A stretch of DNA of 64,000 nt. Source: Candidatus Merdivicinus excrementipullorum (GTDB taxonomy: Bacteria > Bacillota > Clostridia > Oscillospirales > Ruminococcaceae). Every line of letters begins with the position of its first letter. Positions within the stretch are counted from its first letter, which is position 1. Under the pieces are notes generated by a model, which did not search any database, was not told where the DNA came from, and saw nothing but the letters and a program-made list of their open reading frames with translations. The translations under genes and the position numbers were made by a program. Positions 44,999 through 54,572 of this stretch are shown here, piece after piece. Location of the stretch: contig DVJP01000030.1 in assembly GCA_018716725.1 (NCBI GenBank), positions 17,407 to 81,406 of the forward strand, in the 5' to 3' direction.

Positions 44999-47860
44999 TT
45001 AATCTTCGCCCAGTTTCAGGGCTTCGCCGGCATGGAGCTTAAAGACCGTCCGCCCCAGGATAAAGGCGGCGGCCGCCAGCATAATCAGCACGATCCCCAC
45101 GGTGCGCCAGTAATCTTCCGGGAAGGCCACCACCGTAAAGGGGAGAATCTGGTCGGCGGCGTCCACATTGCATTCCAAAATCGGGGCGAACAGCACCGCC
45201 GTCAAAGTCCCCAGCCCCAGCCCGGCCAGTATGGAGGCGGCGGACACCAGAATCTGCTCCCACAAAAGAACCATGACCACCGAAAGCCGGGTAAGGCCCA
45301 TGGAGCGCAGGATGCCGAACTGCAACAGCCGCCCCTTGATGGCCAGAATCCAGTAGATAAAGAACCCCACCATGGTAATCAGCATAGTCACCACAAAGGA
45401 CAGGGTGAAAAAGCCGTTGATTCCCTGGGTCATGGGGTCGTTTTTCATGGCGGTAACCTCCGCCGTGGTGTCTTGCAGGGAGGTGATGGGCACCCCCATT
45501 TCCGTAAGTTCCTCGTAAAGCTGGGCGGAGGTGACCCCCGGGGCCTTTTTCAGCCAGATAGCGTAAGGCTCCAGCTTGGTTTCCTGCTGAAGGTAGATCA
45601 GATTCGCCACAGCTAAGGCCGGCGTATTTTTTGCGGTCCCCACCGGGTTAAAGGAGGGGAAATAGTCAATGCCGGCGTAGACGATAAATTCCACCGACTC
45701 TTTGTTGTCTCCGATGGTCAAAAACACCGCGTCGCCGGGAGTGAGACTCAGTTCCTCCATTAAGGAATTGGATAAAAGCAGCGCCCGCGGCTCGTCGGCC
45801 ATCAGGTTCAGGTACTCGTTGATGTGGTGGGGAAGCAGGCTGTTTTTCATCCAGCAGGTATTGCCGAACTCATTGGGGACAATGCCCATTAGGGTAAGAT
45901 TCCCGGCTTTTTGGGAATTGGCCGAAAGGGAGACGTCCTTTTTCGTCAAAACCCGGGCAGCGCTCTGGGCGGTTTCCATATTTTCATATTTGGAGAATTG
46001 AGGCTCCGTGTAGTAGACCGGCCCTTCCTCCGAAGCCGGTACGGCCCCCGGCGCCATGACGCCGCCGGAACCGCTGGAACCGCCGGTGGAGGGCCACTCC
46101 TCCTGCAAAACGATGTCCGCGCCAATGCTGTATCGGATGCGGTCCTCGTCGTTCTGGTTTAAAGTCCGGACGGTGACGGCGTTGAAAATGCCCATGGAAA
46201 CCGTGAAAATTAAAAACAGGGAAATGGCCTGGGTGTTCCGGCTGCTGCGGGAGGTATTAATCAGGGACAAATACAGCACCGGCCCCCAGAACCGCCGGCC
46301 AATCCGGTAGACGAGCTTGATAAACAGGGGGAATACCCGCAGGAATAACAGAGTTCCGCCCAAAATAAAGATGGTGGAGCTTAAATACATGGTAAAGTCA
46401 ATGGGGATCTCCGATGCAGCAGCGCCGGTTTCCCGGATGATTTGCAGACGGTTTTGGAAATTGTAAAGGCCGTAGAGGGACACTGCCAGGCAGATGAAGT
46501 CCAAAAACAGCCGCTGCCACAACGGGGCGGGGGTTTTGCCGGATTTTTTCCGTTTAAAGGACACAATAGAGGTTTCGCCGGTAAAGGCCGCGGCGGCCAG
46601 CATGGTGATGACCAGCAGAACCGCTGTGGCCGCCCCGTACAAAACAGCGGGAAGCGTCAGGGAAACCGGCAGTGCCTTGCGGTTTACAAATTCCATAAAC
46701 CCGTTGGAGGAGCCGATGATCTGGCAGAACAAAAGGCTCAGCATGGGGCCGATGATGAAAGCCGCCAGGGACAAAACCGCCGACTGGGCGGTATAAACCC
46801 CGGTGATCTGGCCTTTGGACGCGCCGCGGCTCCGCAAAACGGCGATTTCGTTTTTTTCATGCCCCAAAATCAGCCGGGAAACCATGAGTACATAAAACAG
46901 GAGCATCAGCAGGATGGGGATTTCGATAATCCACAAGGTAGCGGTCAGCTCTTCCCGTCTGACGTCGTATTCCTCCAAAATGGAGCCGAAGGAGCTGCGG
47001 AGGGAAGGCGAGAAAAATTTCTGGTCCTCATATTTAGCCAAAACTTTGGAAATAGCGCCGCAGTTTTCCGGGGTCATGCTTCGGTAGTCCAAAGCCGCCG
47101 CCCATTGGGCGTGGTCGAAGAGGGGGGCGTCCGCTTCCACAAACATTTGGGAGAACAGCTCCGGCTGGATCATAATTACGTCGGAAAAAGTGCTCCAGGG
47201 CATGACCCAAAACAAGCTTTCCGGGTCCTTCATCCGGTAAACCCCTGTAATTTTAACAGTGGCCGCCAGGGTGTGGGAAGTGCCTCCTTGAGAGCTGAAT
47301 TGATACTGGTACAAGTCATAGGAGGTCCCAAGGGAGCAGTCCAGGTTCCGGGCGGCTTCCTCGCTGACAACGGCCTCAATGACGCCGTCTTTGGCTTCCG
47401 CGGAGGGGAAAGCTCCGTCCAGCAGCTCTACCTGGTCAAAAAGCCCTGTGCAGGCCCCAAGGCCGCCGGATTTGTACAAATCGTGAATATCCTCCATGGC
47501 TGTGCCGGCCCGGACGACCCGCAAGTCGCCAGCTTCCGTATAAACGGAGAACTCCTGCATTGGCAGGCCGGTTTCCGCTATCAATTCCTGAAACTGGGTT
47601 TCATATTGATGGTAGGCTTGGGTTTTGACAACCGGGTCTTTGCTACCCTCATAAAGGTCTGTATCCGCCAGCAGCCGGCCGGGATACACATTTTGGGACG
47701 TCTGTACCTGCTCTAAGTCCTTTAAGAGCATCCGGCTCAAAATGGCGTGGCTGTATACCGGCATACTGCATACGATGGCCACCGCCATGAGATAACCGGC
47801 CAGCAGGCTCAGGGCCAGCCACCGGTTCTGGCGCATTTTGCGCAGTGCAAATTGGAACAT
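44999..47860 (-). CDS. large ABC transporter permease with two FtsX-type modules
   Basis: 953 aa with repeated four-TM FtsX-like blocks separated by large extracytoplasmic domains. Confidence 0.85.
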   Translation of the reverse strand: MFQFALRKMRQNRWLALSLLAGYLMAVAIVCSMPVYSHAILSRMLLKDLEQVQTSQNVYPGRLLADTDLYEGSKDPVVKTQAYHQYETQFQELIAETGLPMQEFSVYTEAGDLRVVRAGTAMEDIHDLYKSGGLGACTGLFDQVELLDGAFPSAEAKDGVIEAVVSEEAARNLDCSLGTSYDLYQYQFSSQGGTSHTLAATVKITGVYRMKDPESLFWVMPWSTFSDVIMIQPELFSQMFVEADAPLFDHAQWAAALDYRSMTPENCGAISKVLAKYEDQKFFSPSLRSSFGSILEEYDVRREELTATLWIIEIPILLMLLFYVLMVSRLILGHEKNEIAVLRSRGASKGQITGVYTAQSAVLSLAAFIIGPMLSLLFCQIIGSSNGFMEFVNRKALPVSLTLPAVLYGAATAVLLVITMLAAAAFTGETSIVSFKRKKSGKTPAPLWQRLFLDFICLAVSLYGLYNFQNRLQIIRETGAAASEIPIDFTMYLSSTIFILGGTLLFLRVFPLFIKLVYRIGRRFWGPVLYLSLINTSRSSRNTQAISLFLIFTVSMGIFNAVTVRTLNQNDEDRIRYSIGADIVLQEEWPSTGGSSGSGGVMAPGAVPASEEGPVYYTEPQFSKYENMETAQSAARVLTKKDVSLSANSQKAGNLTLMGIVPNEFGNTCWMKNSLLPHHINEYLNLMADEPRALLLSNSLMEELSLTPGDAVFLTIGDNKESVEFIVYAGIDYFPSFNPVGTAKNTPALAVANLIYLQQETKLEPYAIWLKKAPGVTSAQLYEELTEMGVPITSLQDTTAEVTAMKNDPMTQGINGFFTLSFVVTMLITMVGFFIYWILAIKGRLLQFGILRSMGLTRLSVVMVLLWEQILVSAASILAGLGLGTLTAVLFAPILECNVDAADQILPFTVVAFPEDYWRTVGIVLIMLAAAAFILGRTVFKLHAGEALKLGED

Positions 47861-47872
47861 ACCGCCGGCCCC

Positions 47873-48877
47873 CTATTTGATAATGACGACTTCGCCTTCT
47901 TCAAGGCCGTCTACAACCTCAACGTCCGTGACGTTTTTAATACCGGTTTCAATGACCCGTTCCTTTTTAACGCCGTCTTCCAGCACCTGGACATAAGACT
48001 CGCCGGAATACAGAGAAACCACGTTCCGGGGCAGGATCAGCACGTTATCCTTCTGCTGCTTAATCAGTTCTACGGAAACCGATTCCCCCAGCAGGTCCCC
48101 TTCCGGCAGCTGGTCGGTGATTTCCACCCGGATAAAGGATTCTCCCTTTTCCATAGCCAAGGAGGGGGATTCAGCGGAGGTCATTGCCACCTTGCCGGCA
48201 TATTCCGTGCCGTCCAGGGTGACCGTTACATCTTTGCCCAGCTGGAAGTCAGATACCTTATCCCCGGTGCACTCAATTTGCAGGGAAGTAGGGTCCACCA
48301 CCCGCATTAAGGTGCTGCGGGCGGCAATATAGTCCCCGATCCCCACATTATTGATATAGGAAACCACCCCGTCGATAGGGGAGTAGATGTACTGCTTGGA
48401 AAGCTCCTCCTGCATTTCGTCCAGCTGGATCTTTTGCAGCTGGTAGTCGATTTCCGCCAGCCGGATTGATTCTGAAGTAGCGTTCTCTGCCTTTCTGGCG
48501 GCGTTTAGGGCAATTTGGGCGCGTTCCACCAAAAGCTTCTGCTTTTGGATTTCGCTTTCCAGCTCATCCGTGTCCAGCCGGGCCAGAAGCTGCCCTTTTG
48601 TCACAGTATCCCCGGATTTCACATTGATCTCGCTTAAATAGCCGGAGCGTTTTTCAAAGGACAGGTCATAGGTGCTGGTGGAAATAAAGGTGCCGGAGGT
48701 GGTAACGCTGTCCACGATGGTCCCCCGTTCCACGGTGGTGGTGGTGTAGGTGACAGCGACAGGTTCCTTTAACGGCGGGGCTAAAGCTTCTTCCTCCTCC
48801 GGGAACAGCCCGCATCCGGACAGGGCGATGGCAGCCAGCGCGGCCGCGGCCGCGATTCGTAAAATTTTCATCATCAT
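47873..48877 (-). CDS. membrane-fusion (HlyD/RND adaptor family) lipoprotein
   Basis: Lipobox LSGCG, coiled-coil hairpin, lipoyl and beta-barrel signature regions. Confidence 0.8.
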   Translation of the reverse strand: MMMKILRIAAAAALAAIALSGCGLFPEEEEALAPPLKEPVAVTYTTTTVERGTIVDSVTTSGTFISTSTYDLSFEKRSGYLSEINVKSGDTVTKGQLLARLDTDELESEIQKQKLLVERAQIALNAARKAENATSESIRLAEIDYQLQKIQLDEMQEELSKQYIYSPIDGVVSYINNVGIGDYIAARSTLMRVVDPTSLQIECTGDKVSDFQLGKDVTVTLDGTEYAGKVAMTSAESPSLAMEKGESFIRVEITDQLPEGDLLGESVSVELIKQQKDNVLILPRNVVSLYSGESYVQVLEDGVKKERVIETGIKNVTDVEVVDGLEEGEVVIIK

Positions 48878-49072
48878 CAGCTCTTTTCCATTATGATTCC
48901 GTGTTATTCAGATATTTATAAGTATTGCATATTTTATAAAGGAAAACAACCGTATTTTTTCACAAATTATAAACCTCTGTCTGTGGCAAACAGACAAAGA
49001 TTTTGGAAGGATTGGAAAATCCCAGGAAATTTGGTATAATGAAGGCAGAAGCTATTGGGAGGGGATGGAGAG

Positions 49073-49927
49073 ATGCAGCTGCCAACGGATTATTTAAGCC
49101 CGGCGCTATTGCGGTGCAGTCATTATGACGGTTACGCGGCCAATCAAAATACGCCGTACAGTGTCCGGACGGTTTATGATTATGAGGTGGAGTATTACCT
49201 GCGCTGCGACGGAGGGATCCGGGTGGACGGGAAATTCCTGCCTTTTCACGCAGGTGAAATGAACCTGCGCAAGCCCGGGCAGGCGGTGCAGGGGGTGCCG
49301 CCCTACGAATGCTACATCCTCTGCGTGGATTTGGTGGGGAACGGCCGCCGGGGCGGCAGCGGCTATTCCTTCGGCACCCGAGAAGAGGCCCAGGAACGGT
49401 ATGAAAACCCCCTTTTGGACAGCCTTCCCGACCGGCTGGAAATCCCGCACAGGGAACTGGTGACAGGGCTTTTTGAAAGTATCCTCCGGAACCAGGATTC
49501 GGTGGGGGATCTGGCCTTCTTCCGGCTGAAATCCAGTTTATTCTACCTTTTTTCCGAGATTTTTGAGGCGGCTGCGGCCCACAATGTTTCCGGAAGCACG
49601 GCGGCGGTGCGGAGGGCGGTCCGGCGGCTGCGGGAGGATTTCGCGGGACCGGTGAAAATTGAGGAGCTGGCCCGGGAAAGCGGCCTGAGCCGGGCCTTTT
49701 TCCACCGGCGTTTTTTAGAGGAAACCGGCCTGACGCCCGGGCAGTTCTTAACCCGGCTGCGGATGGAAAAGGCCAAGGACCTTCTGGGCTTTACGGCCAT
49801 CCCGGTGGGGGAGGCGGGCGCCCTGTGCGGGTACCCGGATCCGGTCTATTTCGCCAGGATGTTCCGGCAGTACACCGGCCTGACCCCCAGCGCCTACCGC
49901 CGCCAGGCTGCCGGCAGCCCGCGGTAA
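49073..49927 (+). CDS. AraC family transcriptional regulator
   Basis: C-terminal HTH (IEELARESGLSRAFFHRRF...GYPDPVYFARMFRQYTG). ATG at 49073 follows a GGAGGGG RBS. Confidence 0.8.
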   Translation: MQLPTDYLSPALLRCSHYDGYAANQNTPYSVRTVYDYEVEYYLRCDGGIRVDGKFLPFHAGEMNLRKPGQAVQGVPPYECYILCVDLVGNGRRGGSGYSFGTREEAQERYENPLLDSLPDRLEIPHRELVTGLFESILRNQDSVGDLAFFRLKSSLFYLFSEIFEAAAAHNVSGSTAAVRRAVRRLREDFAGPVKIEELARESGLSRAFFHRRFLEETGLTPGQFLTRLRMEKAKDLLGFTAIPVGEAGALCGYPDPVYFARMFRQYTGLTPSAYRRQAAGSPR

Positions 49928-50049
49928 AAGCCTCCGGCTTTTGCAGAAAAAGATACTTTTGTCCTAGTTTTTCAACAAAAATCCTAACGCTTGCAGGAAA
50001 ATTATGCTATACTGATTCCACAAAGTTTTTCCGAAAGAAGGGGATTTTT

Positions 50050-51126
50050 GTGACAGGAAAAGAACGGATGCTGCGGATTCTCCGGCACGAGCCGGTGGAC
50101 CGCATTGGAGTTTATGAGCATTTCTGGGGCGACACCTATAACGCCTGGCGGGCCGAAGGGCATATTCCCAACGGGGAATCCTTCGACGACCATTTCGGTT
50201 TTGATATGTCCGAATGCTGGCCCCTTAACATGGTAGCGGACCTGGATTTCAAGCAGGAAGTTGTGGCTGAGGATGAGGATACCATTACATTTTTGGACGG
50301 AAACGGCGCTATCCTCCGGCGGCACAAATTCCACGACACCACCCCGGAGCATGTGGATTTCACGGTGAAAGAGCGGGAGGACTGGGAGAAAATCAAACCC
50401 CTCCTGCTGGAGCCTAATCCCCGCCGCATCAACTTCGAGGCCTACCGCAACGCAAAAAAAGCCGCCGCAGACGCCGGACGGTTCTTTGTGTGGAGCGGCG
50501 TCAACGTCTTTGAGTGCATGCATCCGGTGTGCGGCCACGAAAATATGCTGGTGGGCATGGCCCTGGACCCGGACTGGGTGCGGGATATGGCCGAAACTTA
50601 CGCGAACCTGACTATCAAGCTCCAGGAAATCCTGTTTGAGCAGGAAGGCTACCCGGACGGTATCTGGTATTACGAGGACATGGGCTATAAGGGCAGCCCC
50701 TTTATGTCTCCCACTATGTACAAAGAGATTATCCAGCCTTCCCACATCAAGACCTTCGGCTGGGCCAAGGAGCACGGCCTGCCGGTTATCGTCCATTCCT
50801 GCGGTTTTGTGGAACCCCTGGTGCCTTACATGATCGAAGCGGGCATGGACTGCCTCCAGGTCATTGAAATCAAGGCCGGCATGGATTTGTTAAAGCTCCA
50901 TAAGCTCTATGGGGACAAAATCGCCTTTATGGGCGGCATCGACGTCCGCACCCTTTACACCAACGACCGGGAGATTATCACCAAAGAGCTGGAAAGCAAG
51001 ATTCCGGTTGTGAAGCAGGGCTTTAACTATGTGGTGCACAGCGACCACTCCATCCCCAAAACCGTCAACTACGAAACCTACTGCTTCTTCCTGGAAAAGG
51101 CCCTGGAACTGGGCAAATACGAGTAA
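50050..51126 (+). CDS. URO-D superfamily protein, MtaA/CmuA-like (paralogue of 13051-14208)
   Basis: GTG 50050 follows a GAAGGGG RBS (alternative ATG at 50068). Motifs VHSCG, EIKAG, GGIDVR, SDHS. Confidence 0.7.
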   Translation: MTGKERMLRILRHEPVDRIGVYEHFWGDTYNAWRAEGHIPNGESFDDHFGFDMSECWPLNMVADLDFKQEVVAEDEDTITFLDGNGAILRRHKFHDTTPEHVDFTVKEREDWEKIKPLLLEPNPRRINFEAYRNAKKAAADAGRFFVWSGVNVFECMHPVCGHENMLVGMALDPDWVRDMAETYANLTIKLQEILFEQEGYPDGIWYYEDMGYKGSPFMSPTMYKEIIQPSHIKTFGWAKEHGLPVIVHSCGFVEPLVPYMIEAGMDCLQVIEIKAGMDLLKLHKLYGDKIAFMGGIDVRTLYTNDREIITKELESKIPVVKQGFNYVVHSDHSIPKTVNYETYCFFLEKALELGKYE

Positions 51127-51130
51127 AAAG

Positions 51131-51162
51131 AAATGGGCCGGTTATATACCGGTCCATTTTGC
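51131..51162 (+). terminator. rho-independent terminator
   Basis: AATGGGCCGGT-atat-ACCGGTCCATT followed by TTG. Confidence 0.6.
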
Positions 51163-51199
51163 GTGGTTTATATGATGAAATAGGAACGCCCCGGGAAAC

Positions 51200-51226
51200 T
51201 GTAGGGGACGGTGCCCACATCGTCCC
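51200..51226 (+). repeat. REP-like hairpin (TGTAG-stem-CCCA loop-stem)
   Basis: tgtaGGGGACGGTGcccaCATCGTCCC. Confidence 0.7.
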
Positions 51227-51277
51227 ATGGATACAAAACTACGGGCCGGGCAACCCGGTTCCTGCAAATTTTCCGAA

Positions 51278-51526
51278 TCAGTGCCGGTGGCTCCCCGCCG
51301 GTTTCTCAAAAATCAGCCGGATAGCCGCATGGAACCCCATGTCAAACCCGTGATATAAATGCTCGGCGTTGCAGGCTCCCCAGGCGGCGTCCAGTTTTTC
51401 CAGTTCCCCCTGGTCGGGTATCTTTTCTTCCAGCAGTTCATAAAAACGGCGATAGGCCCGGGTCAGTTCCGGGGGGTCCGGCTCCTGTTCCAAAATATCG
51501 AAAAATAAATCGCGCAAATCATACAT
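51278..51526 (-). CDS. small helical protein of unknown function (resembles small ORFs I associate with Firmicutes mobile elements; recollection only)
   Basis: 82 aa with an AGGAGGA RBS. Downstream of the RHH gene. Confidence 0.45.
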   Translation of the reverse strand: MYDLRDLFFDILEQEPDPPELTRAYRRFYELLEEKIPDQGELEKLDAAWGACNAEHLYHGFDMGFHAAIRLIFEKPAGSHRH

Positions 51527-51554
51527 GTCACGTTCCTCCTGTCAAAATTTGTGT

Positions 51555-51583
51555 TTGACAAGAACGCCCCTCTGATGTATACT
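51555..51583 (+). promoter_or_regulatory. consensus-like sigma-70 promoter pointing antisense into the RHH gene
   Basis: TTGACA, 17-nt spacer, TATACT. The -35 lies inside the inverted repeat TGTCAAA-n7-TTTGACA (51540-51560). Confidence 0.5.
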
Positions 51584-51589
51584 AGATTT

Positions 51590-51663
51590 CAGATAGGATT
51601 TTCCTGTCGTCTTATAGAGTTTCGGTTTGTTTTGCAAAGTGGGCCGGAACTCTATTTTTGTTT
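51590..51663 (+). ncRNA. candidate ~75-nt antisense sRNA (promoter plus intrinsic terminator)
   Basis: Predicted TSS about 7 nt after the -10. Hairpin GAGTTTCGG/CCGGAACTC (51617-51652) is followed by TATTTTTGTTT only on the + strand. It overlaps the stop codon of the RHH gene. Confidence 0.3.
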
Positions 51664-51834
51664 GTCGATACGGTCTTTTACCAATTTTACCCCTTGCATG
51701 ATAACATCCGTTCGGGTTGTGGAAAGTTTATCGGCACACTCCTGAATCAGCGCCGCTTCGTCCTTTCTAAGCCGAATATTTAAGTTGATATTCCGGGGGT
51801 TTTCTTTTGGAGGCCGTCCGGTTTTGGGGCTCAT
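51652..51834 (-). CDS. ribbon-helix-helix (CopG/MobC-like) DNA-binding protein
   Basis: GRPPK..NLNIRL beta-strand followed by two helices. The ATG follows an AGGTGA RBS. Confidence 0.5.
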   Translation of the reverse strand: MSPKTGRPPKENPRNINLNIRLRKDEAALIQECADKLSTTRTDVIMQGVKLVKDRIDKQK

Positions 51835-51863
51835 ATCATCACCTACTTTCAGCCCATACAATA

Positions 51864-51892
51864 AATATAATACGGCACGTGCAATATGTCAA
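51864..51892 (-). promoter_or_regulatory. sigma-70-type promoter for the RHH cassette
   Basis: On the minus strand: TTGACA, 17-nt spacer, TATATT, about 30 nt upstream of the ATG. Confidence 0.5.
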
Positions 51893-51921
51893 GCCTTTTT
51901 AGAAAATTTTGCATTTTATGA

Positions 51922-51967
51922 GGGCGGGATAAACCGTCGCTTTCGGCACAGAATCCCCGCCCCTACA
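51922..51967 (-). repeat. REP-like unit, inverted orientation, enlarged loop
   Basis: GGGCGGGAT...ATCCCCGCCCCTACAAATG. Confidence 0.5.
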
Positions 51968-52061
51968 AATGTGTTTTTTGTTCCGTTTTATAACGATAGG
52001 AGATGAAACACATCCATACGGCGAGTTTATCGAGCCGTTCTGACAGTTGGATAGGAATACT

Positions 52062-52207
52062 ACGGCCGCGGCGAATTGCCGCGGGGCCTCCCCATTTGAA
52101 CGCAAAAGCGGGAATAACTTTTACAGCGGCGCAACTTGTTTGCGCCAGCCGAAGCTTAACGCGGGGTACAATGGCCGCGTCGTCTTATCAGCGGCGATTC
52201 GCCGCTA
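52062..52207 (+). repeat. copy of the ~120-bp hairpin unit also found in tandem at 54.7-54.95 kb
   Basis: Shares GGCGCAACTTGTTTGCGCCAGCCGAAGCTTAACGCGGGGTACAA with 54742-54785. Runs up to the HD gene stop codon. Confidence 0.75.
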
Positions 52208-52867
52208 CATCATGATTTGGCCGTTAATGACAATGCCGAACCGCAGGTCAAAGAAGGCCGCGGCCTTCCGGCACAAAAGCATGCGGGTCATGAAAATCTC
52301 AAAATATTCCAGGATCGGGCAGATGCTGGAATCGATTTCCAGTTCCAGGGTAATGGTTTTCGCCTCCTTGTCCAGCTTTAGGGCGCTGCGTTCTACGGCA
52401 TAGTTTACCCGGTCGTGGATGTCGAAGGCAATAGTGTCTTTGCTGCGGACCCGGCTGCGGCGCACGTCGGATTTGTCCGCCAAAATCAGGGCCGCCGCCA
52501 GCTCGTTGACCGGGTAGGCCGTTTCCTCGTCGTGGTTGCCGATGGCTGTAATCACCGCCGCTGTTTCCTCTGGGGGCATCCCCAGCTTGTCCAAAAGCCG
52601 GAAGGCCATGATCGCGCCGCTTTGGGCATGGTCCACCCGATTTACTACGTTGCCGATATCGTGGAGATACCCGGCAATCCGGGCAAGCTCCGCCGTCCGG
52701 GCCGGATACCCCAGCTCTGCCAGGAGATCAGCCGCCTGTTTGGCGCATTTGGCCACATGGGCGAAGCTGTGCTCCGTAAATCCCAGGGCTTCCAGGGAAG
52801 CGTCGGCCTGACGGATATAGGTATTGATTTCCTCACTGTGACGCAGGAGGTCGTAAGTGATTTCCAT
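52205..52867 (-). CDS. HD-domain phosphohydrolase
   Basis: HD motifs (GYLHDIGN, GNHDEE). True start MEITYDLL follows an AAGGAGTGG RBS. The longer tracked ORF is an artefact. Confidence 0.8.
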   Translation of the reverse strand: MEITYDLLRHSEEINTYIRQADASLEALGFTEHSFAHVAKCAKQAADLLAELGYPARTAELARIAGYLHDIGNVVNRVDHAQSGAIMAFRLLDKLGMPPEETAAVITAIGNHDEETAYPVNELAAALILADKSDVRRSRVRSKDTIAFDIHDRVNYAVERSALKLDKEAKTITLELEIDSSICPILEYFEIFMTRMLLCRKAAAFFDLRFGIVINGQIMM

Positions 52868-53110
52868 AAATCCACTCCTTTCATACTGCATACTGCCAGT
52901 ATAACACATTTTTTGTCTGGAAAAAACCAATTTGCGGAAAACCATAAATAAAGTTCGAAAAATCCAATGATTTTGATAGCAATTTCCAGTGAGATGTGGT
53001 ATACTGAACCTAAATACGGGAGTATTCCCGCAGCCTGGCTTATTCTCTTCCATGGGATCTGCGGAAGGGTACGGCTGGGAAATAGACGAATAGAACGGAG
53101 TGAAATCCCA

Positions 53111-54094
53111 ATGACACACAAGGAACGGTTTATCAAAACCCTGAAAGGCGAGAAAATCGGCGGCCAGGTGCCAACCTTCGAGCTGGTATTTTTCCTGACC
53201 ATGGAAGCCTTCGGCAAGGTGCATCCCTCCCACCGGGCGTATTACCAGTGGAACCAGATGAGCCAGAACGAACGGAACCTCCACATGAACGAAATGGCGG
53301 ATCTGTACATTGAAACCGCAAAACGGTACGGCCACAGCGCTATTTTCCTGCATCCCAATCCCGGCGATTTTGAAAACGCTCTTTGGCTTTTGCAGCTGAT
53401 CCGGGAAAAAAGCGGCGATGAATATTACCTGATGATGCACGGCGACCCCACTTGGGCTATCCCGGACGGGGACAGCATGTTCGAGTTCTCCGCCAGAATG
53501 TACGAGGAGCCGGAAAAACTCAACGAAGAGTCTGAGCGCCGCCTGGAAAGCGCCCTGGAATTTGCCCGGAAGCTGGACGACAACGGCCATCTGCTGGACG
53601 GCTTTACCCTTTGCTCCGATTACTGCTTCAATACCAATCCCTTCTTCAGCCCCGACAAATTTGACGAGCTGATTGTGCCCTACTTGAAGCGTGTCATTGA
53701 CGAATACCGGAAAATGGGCTACTACACTATCAAGCACACCGACGGAAACATTATGCCCATCGCCAAACAGATGGCAGACTGCGGCCCCGATGCGTTCCAT
53801 TCTCTGGATCCTCAGGGCGGCGTCAGCATCCCCGAGCTGCGCAAGCTCATCGGCGATAAGATCACCCTGGTGGGCAACGTCAACTGCGGCCTTTTGCAGA
53901 CCGGCACTGACGAGGAATGCCGGGAGGATGTAAAACGTTCCCTGCGGGAAGGTATGGAGCGCGGCTATGGCTACATTTTCTCCACTTCTAACTGCGCTTA
54001 CACCGGCATGCCGTTAGAGCGTTATGAAATGATGATGGATATTTGGAAAGAATACGGCAACTACGACCGTTATCCCAACGGCAAAGGCATCTAA
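53111..54094 (+). CDS. URO-D superfamily protein (third type; lacks the HxC motif)
   Basis: MTHKERFIKTLKGE start. KHTDGN, SLDP and GNVNCG motifs typical of URO-D family proteins. Confidence 0.75.
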   Translation: MTHKERFIKTLKGEKIGGQVPTFELVFFLTMEAFGKVHPSHRAYYQWNQMSQNERNLHMNEMADLYIETAKRYGHSAIFLHPNPGDFENALWLLQLIREKSGDEYYLMMHGDPTWAIPDGDSMFEFSARMYEEPEKLNEESERRLESALEFARKLDDNGHLLDGFTLCSDYCFNTNPFFSPDKFDELIVPYLKRVIDEYRKMGYYTIKHTDGNIMPIAKQMADCGPDAFHSLDPQGGVSIPELRKLIGDKITLVGNVNCGLLQTGTDEECREDVKRSLREGMERGYGYIFSTSNCAYTGMPLERYEMMMDIWKEYGNYDRYPNGKGI

Positions 54095-54220
54095 GGGCCT
54101 TTATCCATACAGCCAATAAGTTGACAGGGGCGTCCTTGGGGGCGTCCCTGTTTTGTTATGGCGTCACAAAAACAGGGCCAGGGAAGCAAAACACTGTAAG
54201 CCGTGGTGTGACATTGATCT

Positions 54221-54247
54221 TGTAGGGGACGACGCCCACATCGTCCC
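54221..54247 (+). repeat. REP-like hairpin
   Basis: tgtaGGGGACGACGcccaCATCGTCCC. Confidence 0.7.
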
Positions 54248-54272
54248 GCATTTTGAAACATGACCTTTGTAT

Positions 54273-54296
54273 TGTAGGGGCGTGCATTGCACGCCC
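54273..54296 (+). repeat. REP-like hairpin, variant loop
   Basis: tgtagGGGCGTGCAttGCACGCCC. Confidence 0.6.
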
Positions 54297-54572
54297 GTGG
54301 TTTGCCAGAAACGTTCCCGTGTTTTATGCGGGCGGAGAAACCCGGCTCTGCTGGCGTGCCGCCTATGCGGCGGGGCAGAGAACGGCAAAAGGGTTAGGTT
54401 TTGCGCAGCACCCCATCTTTTTTTGCGCGAAAAAAGATGGGGAAGAAAAACGCGCCGGGGCAAGCCCCTGGACCCCACGCCGCGGCCGCATACCACCAGA
54501 TGCGTATTGGTTGTACAACTTTTAGGAAAGGCATCGTGGCGGGATTTTATAATTCGCTAGTATCTAGTATAT

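Noticed and set aside
53005-53110. Structured ~105-nt leader upstream of the URO-D-like gene 53111, considered as a possible riboswitch (hairpins CGGGAGTATTCCCG and CCGCAG...CTGCGG).
   Set aside because: I recognised no match to any riboswitch core (no cobalamin GCCACTG box, no terminator/antiterminator pair). There is too little evidence from a single copy.
52205-53800. 531-aa minus-strand ORF in the track.
   Set aside because: It is a composite. Only the last 220 codons (52205-52867, HD hydrolase with its own RBS) are credible. The upstream part runs antisense through the divergent URO-D-like gene and its promoter region.
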